From a bacterium (GTDB lineage Bacteria; UBA8248): DNA of 64,000 bases. Location of the stretch: NCBI GenBank assembly GCA_965203325.1, contig OZ241875.1:3136001-3200000 (forward strand), written 5' to 3'. Within the stretch, counting starts at the first letter, position 1; each line of letters begins with the position of its first letter. The notes under the pieces are model-generated. The model was not told where the DNA came from and searched no databases. It was given only the letters and a program-made list of their open reading frames with translations. Below are positions 18,972 to 27,831 of the stretch, one piece after another. The position numbers and the translations under genes are program-made.

Positions 18972-20090
18972 ATGGATATCGACGAAGCAATCACGCTTAC
19001 CCAGGACCGTCTCGCCGAAGAAGGCGGCGCCATGGGAGATTTGCTCGGGCGCTTTCGGGGCAGGATTTCACCGGTTCTGATCGGAGATCCGGGGTGGGAG
19101 CGCATACTCGAATGCGCCGGGAAACTCCCAATCACCATGGGCGCCCAGCCGTTCGGTTTCGAGCTGCCTCTGCATGACGCTCGACCGGTGGCGGATTTCG
19201 GCGTCTCGCTGGCGAGCGGAAACCGCTCGGGTGATTTTTTCGAAGAGCGGGCGCGGACCGACGAGACGGACGAGACCGCGAGAGCGGTCGGGCGGCTGTT
19301 CCGGGAAATGGAAGCTCCGAACTCGCCCCTGCGGGAGATTGTGGGACGCAAGTTGATGCTGGAATACGACATAGATTCCGCGCCGGGCGGTAACAATCCG
19401 CTTCCCGGAATGTTCCTGCGGCCCAACGAGCGCACGTTATACGGCGGCGCAGGCCTCCAGAATGATATCGGAATCGTGGTGGACGCCCTCGTTTCCTGCG
19501 TCGGCTGGGAAAGGAATGCCGCTGAACGGGAAAACGCCGAACGGGTTTATCTGGCCCAGCCCGAAGACACGCGCCTGGATTCGTTCGGGGTATTCCCGTC
19601 CCGGGAACGCACAATCCGCCTGGCGATCATGGACTTCAAATCGCAGGGGGAAGTATGCCGCTATCTTGAAAACACGGGTTGGCCGGGTGATATATCGGCC
19701 GTCGAGTCCGTGATTTCACGCTTCCGGGAACGCGCGGATATCGTCAGAACCGGATTGAATATCGACGTGCGCGAAGAGGGTGTCGGTCCGGCGCTCGGCC
19801 TGACGCTTATCGTCAAACACAGATATACGAAAGATTCACGTTCTTGGCTCGACGGCCTGACCGATTGGGACGCATTTCTGGAAGCCTTGCGCCATGAGGA
19901 CCTTGTCGTTCCGGAGAAGGTTGAGGCGCTTGCCGAGTGGGTTTCAAAACCGACGACGCTTTTTGCCAAATCCGGGCCATTTTTACTGTTGCGGGGCATT
20001 CACCACATCAAGCTGGTCATATCCGGAGATCGGCTCAGGCAGGTCAAGGCCTATGTGTTCATGGTGCTTTCCGGAGCGGTCTCGGTTTGA
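18972..20090 (+). CDS. Hypothetical protein of the RiPP operon; candidate ABBA-fold prenyltransferase
   Basis: AAGGA RBS, 9 nt after YcaO stop; FGFELPL..ADFG, LEYD, HHIKL..VKAY; fold assignment is inference. Confidence 0.5.
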   Translation: MDIDEAITLTQDRLAEEGGAMGDLLGRFRGRISPVLIGDPGWERILECAGKLPITMGAQPFGFELPLHDARPVADFGVSLASGNRSGDFFEERARTDETDETARAVGRLFREMEAPNSPLREIVGRKLMLEYDIDSAPGGNNPLPGMFLRPNERTLYGGAGLQNDIGIVVDALVSCVGWERNAAERENAERVYLAQPEDTRLDSFGVFPSRERTIRLAIMDFKSQGEVCRYLENTGWPGDISAVESVISRFRERADIVRTGLNIDVREEGVGPALGLTLIVKHRYTKDSRSWLDGLTDWDAFLEALRHEDLVVPEKVEALAEWVSKPTTLFAKSGPFLLLRGIHHIKLVISGDRLRQVKAYVFMVLSGAVSV

Positions 20091-20113
20091 GAGCTACCCT
20101 GGCAAAATAAAGC

Positions 20114-20148
20114 AAAAATCCCCTCGCCGAAGTCGAGCGGGGGATTTC
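20114..20148. terminator. Bidirectional intrinsic terminator between operon and convergent precursor
   Basis: AAAAATCCCCTCGC...GCGGGGGATTT hairpin with A/T flanks. Confidence 0.6.
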
Positions 20149-20203
20149 TGACTTTTACATCATGCGGATTCGAGGCATCCGCGTGCCGACTGGTGTTTCC
20201 GGT

Positions 20204-20455
20204 CTACCAGCAGCAGCAAAGGCCGGCCGAGACGGCTTCGAGTTGCTCCTCGGTGATGTTCGGATCCGGCGGCAACGCAATATGCACCGTCTGCATGTCG
20301 CTCTCATGGACCACGACATTCATCGAGTCGGGAATCGTGATGCCCAATTCCCCACAGATGGTCCCCTTCGGGTCTGAGAGCAGCTGTTGCCTGAAATCTG
20401 CGTCCAGGGCGGATTTCTCGACAATCTGCTTCAACATTTCATCGCCACTTCTCAT
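20204..20455 (-). CDS. NHLP-family RiPP precursor, predicted core LCCCW
   Basis: DADFRQQLLSDPK, VHE, LPP, ITEEQLEAVSAG cleavage motif; perfect AAGGAGGT RBS 5 nt before ATG. Confidence 0.92.
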   Translation of the reverse strand: MRSGDEMLKQIVEKSALDADFRQQLLSDPKGTICGELGITIPDSMNVVVHESDMQTVHIALPPDPNITEEQLEAVSAGLCCCW

Positions 20456-20510
20456 GGCTAACCTCCTTGGTAAGGTTTGATGAACAACACAACCTCATGT
20501 AATGAAACCG

Positions 20511-20540
20511 ATCTTATTCTTCGTTATTTTGCAAAGTCAA
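20511..20540 (-). promoter_or_regulatory. Putative sigma70 promoter of the precursor
   Basis: TTGACT-18 nt-TAAGAT on minus strand with A-tract upstream. Confidence 0.5.
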
Positions 20541-20788
20541 CTTTTTTTTATTCGGTATTTTGATTATTTTTTCGAAGCGGAGTCTTGAACTCTACGGCGC
20601 GTGGACAGGTCGGCCACGTTATAGAAAAAGCCGGGAATTATAAAGGAAAGTTGACAAAACCCGCCTGACTTCTATTCCTCGACTTCCTCCATGACGGGTT
20701 TCCTTCATCAAATACGAGGCGGAACTTCCGCTCATAATCCGCCTTTTTCAATTCAGCCTATACACAAGATTTGAGGGCAACTCTTATT

Positions 20789-21022
20789 CAGGGGATAAAG
20801 GCACCCCCCCCTACCCCCCTTTGTCAGGGGGGCAAGAAAAAGCAAAGCCCTCTCAGCCCAGCGGGGGCGCATCGCCTTTTTATACCCCCCTGACAAGGGG
20901 GGGGTAGGGGGGGTCCTTTGACAAAGGCTTTTTCAATAACCCCGTAGGGGCGGTTCGCGAACCGCCCCTACAAAATCCCATCGCGTCGAACCTTCATATT
21001 TCGGGACTTTTTCAACACCCCC
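20789..21022. repeat. MITE-like repeat (inverted copy at 55949-56132) plus GTAG-type REP at 20944-20971
   Basis: CCCCCCTACCCCCCTTTGTCAGGGGGG / CCCCCCTGACAAGGGGGGGTAGGGGGG arms; perfect palindrome GTAGGGGCGGTTCGCGAACCGCCCCTAC; CTTTTTCAA ends. Confidence 0.85.
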
Positions 21023-21023
21023 C

Positions 21024-21105
21024 GGCGAGCGTTTGAATCAGAATACCGGCGTTTCCCGGCAGGCGCCCCGGGTCGACTTTGAGTTTCTCGATGATATCGC
21101 CCATC
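21024..21105 (-). repeat. Diverged duplicate of the hcmA 3' end (22382-22462)
   Basis: GGCGAGCGTTTGAATCAGAA..ACCGGCGTTTCCCGG...AGTTTCTCGA.GATATCGCCCATC occurs at both sites, with one indel. Confidence 0.85.
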
Positions 21106-21109
21106 ATCT

Positions 21110-22333
21110 TCAGCGTTTGTTTCTATCCTTCCATCCGGGCATCGGCAGCTTGTAGGTAACTTCCGCAAGTTCTTTCGGCCAGACGATTCTGCGCCTGCCG
21201 TCGAGAATCTGGAACGTCAGGCCGTCCCGTTCGTTGAGGTTGTTCTCATCCACCTTCCATCTTCCCATCACGGTCTGGAACGCCGAGGCGCGTAGCGTCT
21301 TCCAGACTTTTTGGCGATCATGGGAACCTGCTTTCAGAATCGCCTGACTCACCACCTCTATCGCCCCGTAAGCCATGGCGACATGATCGCTCGGCTTCAC
21401 CCCGTAGCGCTTCTCGTAGGAGTCGATGAGTTCTCTCATGCCCGGAAACTTCAGGGCGTCGGGTTGCGGCTCCCACTGGCTGAAGCCCAGAACATACTCA
21501 GCCGTGGCGCCGAGTTGCTCGGCGAATTTAGGGAGACCGGGGCCGATGGTTCCGGCGAAAATCTTGAAGTTGATGTTGAGCTCCCTGAGTTGGCGAATCT
21601 GCGCGGCGGCGTCCGCGAAGTAGCTGTTCGAGAAAAGCGCCTCCGCCCGGCGCGCCTTGATTTTTTGCAGCAGCGCTGTGAAGTCGGTCTGCTTGCGCGG
21701 ATAGTTCTCGTTCAGCACCACTTTAAGGCCGAGTTTCTTCGCCCACTCCACGGCGCCCTCCGCCGACTGCCGGGGGAAGAGGCTGTCCTCGCCGATGATG
21801 GCGATTCGCTTCACCCCGATGTCCCTGGCGAGGTGCAGCGCGCCCTTGTGGTTTTTTTGGGCTACGGCATTTTGGTTGAAAAGGTATTTTCTGCCCTTCT
21901 CCCACAGCCCTCTGGAGGAAGCGCCCGGCGCCAGCGTGGGGTATTCGTGCCTTTCAAAGAGGTTGGCCACCGCGTCGGTGATGCCGCTGGAGTAGGGGCC
22001 GAGCGTGAAATGGATCTTCTCCTGCGTGATGAGCCTCTCGTAGAGCTTGATGCTGGTCTGCTTGTCCGATTTATCGTCCAGGAGAATCAGTTTCACCTTC
22101 TTGCCCAGCAGGCCGCCCCTGGCGTTTTGCCGGTCGGCGAACAGACGGTAGGCGTTGACGAACCGGCCTGCCGGCTCCGCGTAACGGCCCGTATGGGAGA
22201 TGGACCCGCCGATGGTGATTTCATCTGACGCCAGGGCCGAACCGGTGAGGAGCGTCGCCGTCCCCAGGAACGCGATTGCCATGAAGCTTCGATTCACTTT
22301 CATCTTCCATCTTCCTCGGAATAAGGGATACAT
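21110..22333 (-). CDS. Branched-chain amino acid-type ABC substrate-binding protein
   Basis: Signal peptide, ITIGGSISHTG, GGLLGKKVKL..DD, LGPYSS; start may be ~22306. Confidence 0.85.
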   Translation of the reverse strand: MYPLFRGRWKMKVNRSFMAIAFLGTATLLTGSALASDEITIGGSISHTGRYAEPAGRFVNAYRLFADRQNARGGLLGKKVKLILLDDKSDKQTSIKLYERLITQEKIHFTLGPYSSGITDAVANLFERHEYPTLAPGASSRGLWEKGRKYLFNQNAVAQKNHKGALHLARDIGVKRIAIIGEDSLFPRQSAEGAVEWAKKLGLKVVLNENYPRKQTDFTALLQKIKARRAEALFSNSYFADAAAQIRQLRELNINFKIFAGTIGPGLPKFAEQLGATAEYVLGFSQWEPQPDALKFPGMRELIDSYEKRYGVKPSDHVAMAYGAIEVVSQAILKAGSHDRQKVWKTLRASAFQTVMGRWKVDENNLNERDGLTFQILDGRRRIVWPKELAEVTYKLPMPGWKDRNKR

Positions 22334-22395
22334 GAAGAATCGTTCGCGACGCGCCCGGCTGCGCAGCCGGACACTCGCCCGGGCGAGCGTTTGAA

Positions 22396-24087
22396 TCAGA
22401 AAACCGGCGTTTCCCGGTAGGTGCCCCAGACCGACTTCAGTTTCTCGACGATATCGCCCATCGTTGCGCCCGCGCGCACGAGTTCCACCGTGACGGGCAT
22501 GATGTTCCGCGTCTCGTCCCTGGCGACCGAGACGAGCTCCTCCAGAAGCGTCCCGACCCTGGCGTTGTCGCGTTCGGCGCGCACCCTCCTCGTCCGCGCG
22601 ATCTGCCGGTCGGCGGTCGAGGAATCATAGGGATGGGTCTCGATCTCGTGGTTTTCGTCCTCCTCGACCAGGGTGTTGACCCCGATGACCGGCTTTTCAC
22701 CGGATTGCTTGCGCAGGGCGGTCTCGTAGGCGAAGTCGGCGATCTGCTTCTGGAACCAGCCTTCCTCGATCAATTTAATCGCGCCGCCGTTTTCATCCAC
22801 ATAGTCGAGAATCTCGAAAATGCGCGTCTCGTACTCGTTGGTCAGGCTCTCGAGGTAGTAGGAACCGCCCAGCGGATCGATGACGTTGGTGACGTTCGTT
22901 TCCTCCGCGATGACCTGCTGCGTGCGCAGGGCCAGCCGCATGGCGTCCTCGGTCGGAATCGCGAACGCTTCGTCGTAGCCGTTCGTGTGCAGCGACTGGC
23001 AGCCGCCGAGGACCGCGGCGAGGGCCTGGAACGCGGTGCGCACGATGTTGATCCGGAATTGCGGCTTGGTGAGGGTGGCGGCCGCGGTCTGGCAATGGAA
23101 ACGGAGCCGCATCGATTCGGGGTTCTTCGCGCCGAAGCGCTCTTTCATGATCCTGGCGTAACAGCGGCGCAGCGCCCGGAACTTGGCGACCTCCTCGAAC
23201 AGGTCCGCCTGCGAGACGTAGAAGAAACCAAGCCTCGGCGCGAACTCGTCGACGCTCATCCCGGTCTTCAGCACCTCCTCCACATAGACGATCAGGTTGC
23301 ACATGGTGAAGGCGGCCTCCTGCAAAGGCGAGGCGCCGGCTTCTGAGATGTGATAGCCCGAGATGTTGATCGGGTTGTAGCGCTTCATGTTGCGGCCGCA
23401 GAAGGATATGCAGTCGCGCACGATGCGGACAGACGGCGCGATCGGGTAGATGAACTCCTTCTGCGCAATATATTCCTTGAGTATGTCCGCCTGGATGGTG
23501 CCCGAGAGCCTGTTCAGGTCGAGGCCGCGTTTCTCGGCCAGCGCCACATACATGGCGAGCAGTATCCAGGCGCTGGGGTTGATGGTCATCGATACGGAGA
23601 TGTTCTCGAGATCGATGCCGTCGTAGAGCGCCTCCATGTCGGCGAGCGTATCCACGGCCACGCCTTCGCGGCCCACCTCGCCATCGCTCATCGGGTGGTC
23701 GGAGTCGTAGCCCATGAGCGTGGGCATGTCGAAGTCGGTCGACAGTCCCGTCTGCCCCTGTGAGATCAGGTATTTGAAGCGTTTGTTGGTGTCCTCACCT
23801 GTGCCGAAACCGGCGATCTGGCGCATGGTCCACACCCGGCTGCGGTACATCGTCGGGTAGGGCCCGCGCGTGAAGGGATAGCGCCCCGGCAGGCCGATAT
23901 CCTCGAGCGGCGTTTCCGCAACATCGGCGGCGGTGTAGACGCGCTGCACCGGGAAATCGCCGGTCGTGAAGAACTGCTCCTTGCGCTCGGCTTGTTTGTT
24001 CAGGAAGGCGGCGACCTCTTTGCTCTCCCAATCCTCGATCTCGCTCAGGAGTTTCTCAAGCGGATTTTGAGTGAACGTCTCGTTCAT
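22396..24087 (-). CDS. hcmA: 2-hydroxyisobutyryl-CoA mutase large subunit (B12 acyl-CoA mutase)
   Basis: PFTRGPYPTMY..WTMRQIAGFG (Ile91), GLSTDFD (Asp118); 563 aa from ATG 24087 with GGGAG RBS. Confidence 0.82.
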   Translation of the reverse strand: MNETFTQNPLEKLLSEIEDWESKEVAAFLNKQAERKEQFFTTGDFPVQRVYTAADVAETPLEDIGLPGRYPFTRGPYPTMYRSRVWTMRQIAGFGTGEDTNKRFKYLISQGQTGLSTDFDMPTLMGYDSDHPMSDGEVGREGVAVDTLADMEALYDGIDLENISVSMTINPSAWILLAMYVALAEKRGLDLNRLSGTIQADILKEYIAQKEFIYPIAPSVRIVRDCISFCGRNMKRYNPINISGYHISEAGASPLQEAAFTMCNLIVYVEEVLKTGMSVDEFAPRLGFFYVSQADLFEEVAKFRALRRCYARIMKERFGAKNPESMRLRFHCQTAAATLTKPQFRINIVRTAFQALAAVLGGCQSLHTNGYDEAFAIPTEDAMRLALRTQQVIAEETNVTNVIDPLGGSYYLESLTNEYETRIFEILDYVDENGGAIKLIEEGWFQKQIADFAYETALRKQSGEKPVIGVNTLVEEDENHEIETHPYDSSTADRQIARTRRVRAERDNARVGTLLEELVSVARDETRNIMPVTVELVRAGATMGDIVEKLKSVWGTYRETPVF

Positions 24088-25060
24088 GGTCTCCCTCCCA
24101 TTCGAGCGTCGTCGAGAGCAATTCCTCCGCCAGGGAATAGGGGTCGCTCTCCCGGCGCATGAGCTGTTCGGCGAGTTTCGCGCTCGCCGCAGCCGTGGCG
24201 GCGTTGAATCGATCATATAACAGATTTTCAGCGGTCTTGCGCAGCCGGAATTCCGCGATGCTCTTGCGCCGCGCGCGGCCCGCATCGGTATTCGACGTCA
24301 CCTCGCGATGCCGGGCAATCGCTTCGAGCAACTCGTCGATCCCTTCTCCGGAAACAGCGCTGGTGCCGATGACGGGGACGGCCCGGTCGGATGGTTCGCC
24401 CCCGTGGGTTCCGAGTGTCAGCATCTGCTTCAAATCGGTCAGCGTCCGGTTGGCGTCGCTGCGGTCGCACTTCGACACGACGTGGATGTCGGCGATCTCC
24501 AGAAGGCCCGCCTTGATCGCCTGGACCTCGTCGCCCAAGCCGGGTGCGGAAACCACGACCGTGGTGTGGGAGGCCCGCACGATCTCGACCTCGTCCTGGC
24601 CCACGCCGACGGTTTCGAGAATGATCACCCCGAAACCGGCGGCATCGAGGATATCGGCCGCCTCGAGCGCCGCGCGCGCCATGCCGCCGGTCGCCCCGTG
24701 CGTCGCCATGCTGCGGATATAAACGCCGGAGTCGGCGCTCAAGTCGCTCATGCGGATTCGGTCTCCCAGGATGGCGCCGCCCGAATAGGGAGAGGACGGA
24801 TCGATAGCGATGATGCCGACCTTCTCGCCGCCGGCGCGCAGCCTTTGCGCCAGCCCGCTTACGAGCGTGGATTTTCCGCTGCCGGGCACCCCGGTGATGC
24901 CGACGAGGTGCGCTCGTCCGGCCAGTCTGTGGATGCGGGCGAGTGCGTCGCGCGGTTCCGCCAGGCCCGACTCCGCGCGCGATATGAGGCGGCCGATCGC
25001 GGCCGGCTCGCCAGATTGAACGCGGGCGATGAGTTCCACCGAAGGGACGTAGGCGCCCAT
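24056..25060 (-). CDS. meaB: MeaB/MeaH-type mutase-associated GTPase
   Basis: GITGVPGSGKST, DPSSPYSGGAILGDRIRM, ETVGVGQDE, KCD. Confidence 0.9.
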   Translation of the reverse strand: MGAYVPSVELIARVQSGEPAAIGRLISRAESGLAEPRDALARIHRLAGRAHLVGITGVPGSGKSTLVSGLAQRLRAGGEKVGIIAIDPSSPYSGGAILGDRIRMSDLSADSGVYIRSMATHGATGGMARAALEAADILDAAGFGVIILETVGVGQDEVEIVRASHTTVVVSAPGLGDEVQAIKAGLLEIADIHVVSKCDRSDANRTLTDLKQMLTLGTHGGEPSDRAVPVIGTSAVSGEGIDELLEAIARHREVTSNTDAGRARRKSIAEFRLRKTAENLLYDRFNAATAAASAKLAEQLMRRESDPYSLAEELLSTTLEWEGDHERDVHSKSA

Positions 25061-26490
25061 CAGCGGTTTTCGTCATCCAGTTGTGTCTGCATTTCCTGAA
25101 AGACAGCGCGATCGTCGATGACGCGGCGCGCCTTGAAATCCGTTCGGGGGATCGAGCCCGGCTCGACGATCTCCACGCCCGTCCGCAGCCCGAGCACCTT
25201 CTGCAATTTGTGCGCAACCTCGGTGCAGAACCGGGCGGCGCCGTCCGCGTCGGCGAAGGTCTCGGTGTCGGCCTCGACGCGCAGCAGCAACTCGTCCATC
25301 GCCGCCTCGCGGCTGATCACGATCCGGTGCTCTCCGCCGTAGTGCGCGAGTTCGTTGAGCGCGGCGTCTATCTCGCTGGGATACACGTTCTCGCCCCGGA
25401 TCGTGAACATGTCGTCGATGCGCCCGAAAATACCGTGCGGCAGGCGTGGATAGGTGCGCCCGCACGGGTTCGGTTCGTCCACCCAGCGGGTCAGGTCCCC
25501 CGACGCCAGGCGGATCATCGGCTGGGAGGCGCGTTCGAGATGGGTGTACACGGGCGTTCCCCGTTCCCCGTAGGGGACCCGGCGCATGGTTTCGGGGTCG
25601 CACACTTCCGTGTAGACGACGTCCTGCCAGCAGAGCATTCCGTCCGTCTCGGCCGAACTCGCCACGTTCATCCATGGGCTCATCTCGGCCATGGAGCCGC
25701 TGTCGAAAACCCTGGCCCCATAGAGCCCCTCGATGCGCTCGCGGATGGCCGGTATCGAGGCGCCGGGCTCGCCGGAGAAGAACATGATCTTGAGCTGCAT
25801 GTCGCGGGGGTCCAGTCCCTCGTCTTCCGCGACCTGGGCGAGGTGCAAGGCGTAGGTCGGCGTGCCGTAGAAGGCGGTGGGCTTCAGCATGTCGAGCCAT
25901 TGCACGCAGCGCGCCGACATGCCGGACGCGCCGGCGCCGAAGGGGAAGGCTTTCGCGCCGAGGCGTTCCGCGCCGGCGAGCGCCCCCCAACTCCCCATAT
26001 AGAGGGAAAACACGGCGGCGACGCAAATCGTGTCGCCGGGGCGCAGGCCCATGCCCCACATGATGCGCGCATGCGCGTTGGCTATGGCGCGCCAGTCGCC
26101 CTGCGAGATGGCGAAGGCGGTGGGCCGCCCGGTCGTGCCGCTGGTGCCGTGGATGTGAAAGACTTCCGTTTCGTCCACGCAGAGGTAATCGCCGAAGGGC
26201 GGATGGCGCTCCTGCGCCTCGCGCAGGTCCTGCTTGGTGAGGACCGGGACTTTCTCCTCGAAGTCCTCGAGCGACTTGAGCCGGCTCGGGTGGAAACCGG
26301 CCTCATCCCATTTGCGGCGGTAGAGGGCCGCGTTCTCGTAGGCGTAGGCGCAGACTTGCCGGAGGCGCTCCAGGATGGCCTTCTCCCGGTCTCTCGCCGG
26401 CATCGTCTCCCGCCGGGGGAACCAGTAGCGGCTGCCCGGAGGCGGAAGAAAATCCTCATCGTATTCAGGTGGGAATGACCAGGACTCCAT
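25060..26490 (-). CDS. Phenylacetate-CoA-ligase-family enzyme, probable 2-HIBA-CoA ligase
   Basis: HGTSGTTGRP, SGEPG, GRIDDM..RGENVYPSEI; lies between mutase subunits. Confidence 0.8.
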   Translation of the reverse strand: MESWSFPPEYDEDFLPPPGSRYWFPRRETMPARDREKAILERLRQVCAYAYENAALYRRKWDEAGFHPSRLKSLEDFEEKVPVLTKQDLREAQERHPPFGDYLCVDETEVFHIHGTSGTTGRPTAFAISQGDWRAIANAHARIMWGMGLRPGDTICVAAVFSLYMGSWGALAGAERLGAKAFPFGAGASGMSARCVQWLDMLKPTAFYGTPTYALHLAQVAEDEGLDPRDMQLKIMFFSGEPGASIPAIRERIEGLYGARVFDSGSMAEMSPWMNVASSAETDGMLCWQDVVYTEVCDPETMRRVPYGERGTPVYTHLERASQPMIRLASGDLTRWVDEPNPCGRTYPRLPHGIFGRIDDMFTIRGENVYPSEIDAALNELAHYGGEHRIVISREAAMDELLLRVEADTETFADADGAARFCTEVAHKLQKVLGLRTGVEIVEPGSIPRTDFKARRVIDDRAVFQEMQTQLDDENR

Positions 26491-26500
26491 GGATGTCGGA

Positions 26501-26908
26501 TCAGCGCGCGCCGCGCTCCTCCACGAGGCGGGTCAGCGTGTCGATGATCGTTTGCGGCGGCGTATCCTGCAGCAGCACCTTGCTTACGCCCATTTTCTTG
26601 AGCTGGACGACGTCTTCGTCCGGCATGACGCCGCCGGCCACGACGATCATGTCGTCGGCGCCGCTGGTCCGAAGCAGGTCGAATATCTTGGGGAACACCG
26701 TCATCTGGACGCCGGACAACAGACTCACGCCCAGCACGTCGACGTCTTCCTGTACGGCGGCGGTCACCACCTCTTCCGGCGAGCGGTGCAGGCCGGTGTA
26801 GATCACGTCCATACCGGCGTCCCGCAGGGCGCGGGCGACGATCTTGACGCCCCGGTCGTGACCGTCGAGACCCACCTTCGCCAGCAGGACGCGAATTGGT
26901 TGACTCAT
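26501..26908 (-). CDS. hcmB: Cobalamin-binding small subunit of acyl-CoA mutase
   Basis: GLDGHDRG (DxHxxG), GVSLLSG, AGG. Confidence 0.82.
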   Translation of the reverse strand: MSQPIRVLLAKVGLDGHDRGVKIVARALRDAGMDVIYTGLHRSPEEVVTAAVQEDVDVLGVSLLSGVQMTVFPKIFDLLRTSGADDMIVVAGGVMPDEDVVQLKKMGVSKVLLQDTPPQTIIDTLTRLVEERGAR

Positions 26909-27057
26909 GAGGGATTCCTCATCGGTCTCTCACTTGTATACGAAAACAGCATACAACCTGCAAAAAATGCAACATACTGTCAAGGTGAAACAGAACCGAC
27001 TCGCAGGAGGAACGGTCCCGCGGGCGCTCCTGCTCCCCCGAAGACACCCGCCCGGAA

Positions 27058-27357
27058 GGGGGTTGTTGAAAAAGTCCTCGTGAGAGGGCATCCCGTTCAT
27101 CGAATGGTTTACCGTAGGGACAGGTCGCGACCTGTCCCTACTCAAAGGAGCAACCCCCCCTACCCCCCTTGTCAGGGGTCAAACGCGAGTGATGAACGAG
27201 CGTTTGCATGAGCCATTGACGAGAAACACATCGTCTTGCAAAACCTCCCTCTTCGGTCGGTTTTGACCCCTGACAAGGGGGGGTAGGGGGGGTGCCTTAA
27301 TGGGGTTTCCCTTTCAGGGGGGTGCCATTACCTTCTCAGGGACTTTTTCAACAGCCC
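27058..27357. repeat. MITE-like element with terminal inverted repeats
   Basis: GGGTTGTTGAAAAAGTCC ... GGACTTTTTCAACAGCCC; internal GTAGGGACAGGTCGCGACCTGTCCCTAC REP and CCCCCCTACCCCCCTTGTCAGGGG arms. Confidence 0.85.
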
Positions 27358-27831
27358 TCATCTGCCGGGTTCGATGCCCACCCTCCGTCCGGGTCTCCAT
27401 CCCTCGCGCGGGGGGCGCATTTCCCCGCATTTGCGGCGAAGCGCTCATCACTCCCTCCCGGGGTCCGGACGAAATTCTCTGCATCTCCCTCGAAACCACC
27501 CGCATTTGCCCGTATTTGCCGTCGCGCTGCTCGGGGCGCGAGCGCGTATGATGGCGAAGCCGGGCGCTTCGTTCGGGGCCGATGGAATTTCTGAAAATTC
27601 CTGAAAAATTCGATAAATTCCCGGGGTTTTTCCGTAAATTTCTGAAAATTAAATTCTTGGGAAATGACGCCGCGGAATCCGGGCGCAGGGGAATTCTGCC
27701 ACGGATCGCTGCACCTGCCATGACGGCAAATGCGCGGATTTGCGGGCAGTTGCGGGGGAGGTGGGCGGAAATTTCGCGGATCGGCGGTTTTATCGTAGAA
27801 TCAGGGGTGGTTTTCCTGGTGGAGGAGCGCC

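Noticed and set aside
20150..20206. TAG read-through (pyrrolysine) extending the precursor core, given a downstream hairpin
   Set aside because: Downstream frame is not core-like and runs into the terminator; no pyl evidence in the window
22396..24285. 629-aa methylmalonyl-CoA mutase call
   Set aside because: N-terminal extension overlaps meaB, and the active-site Ile/Asp point to HcmA
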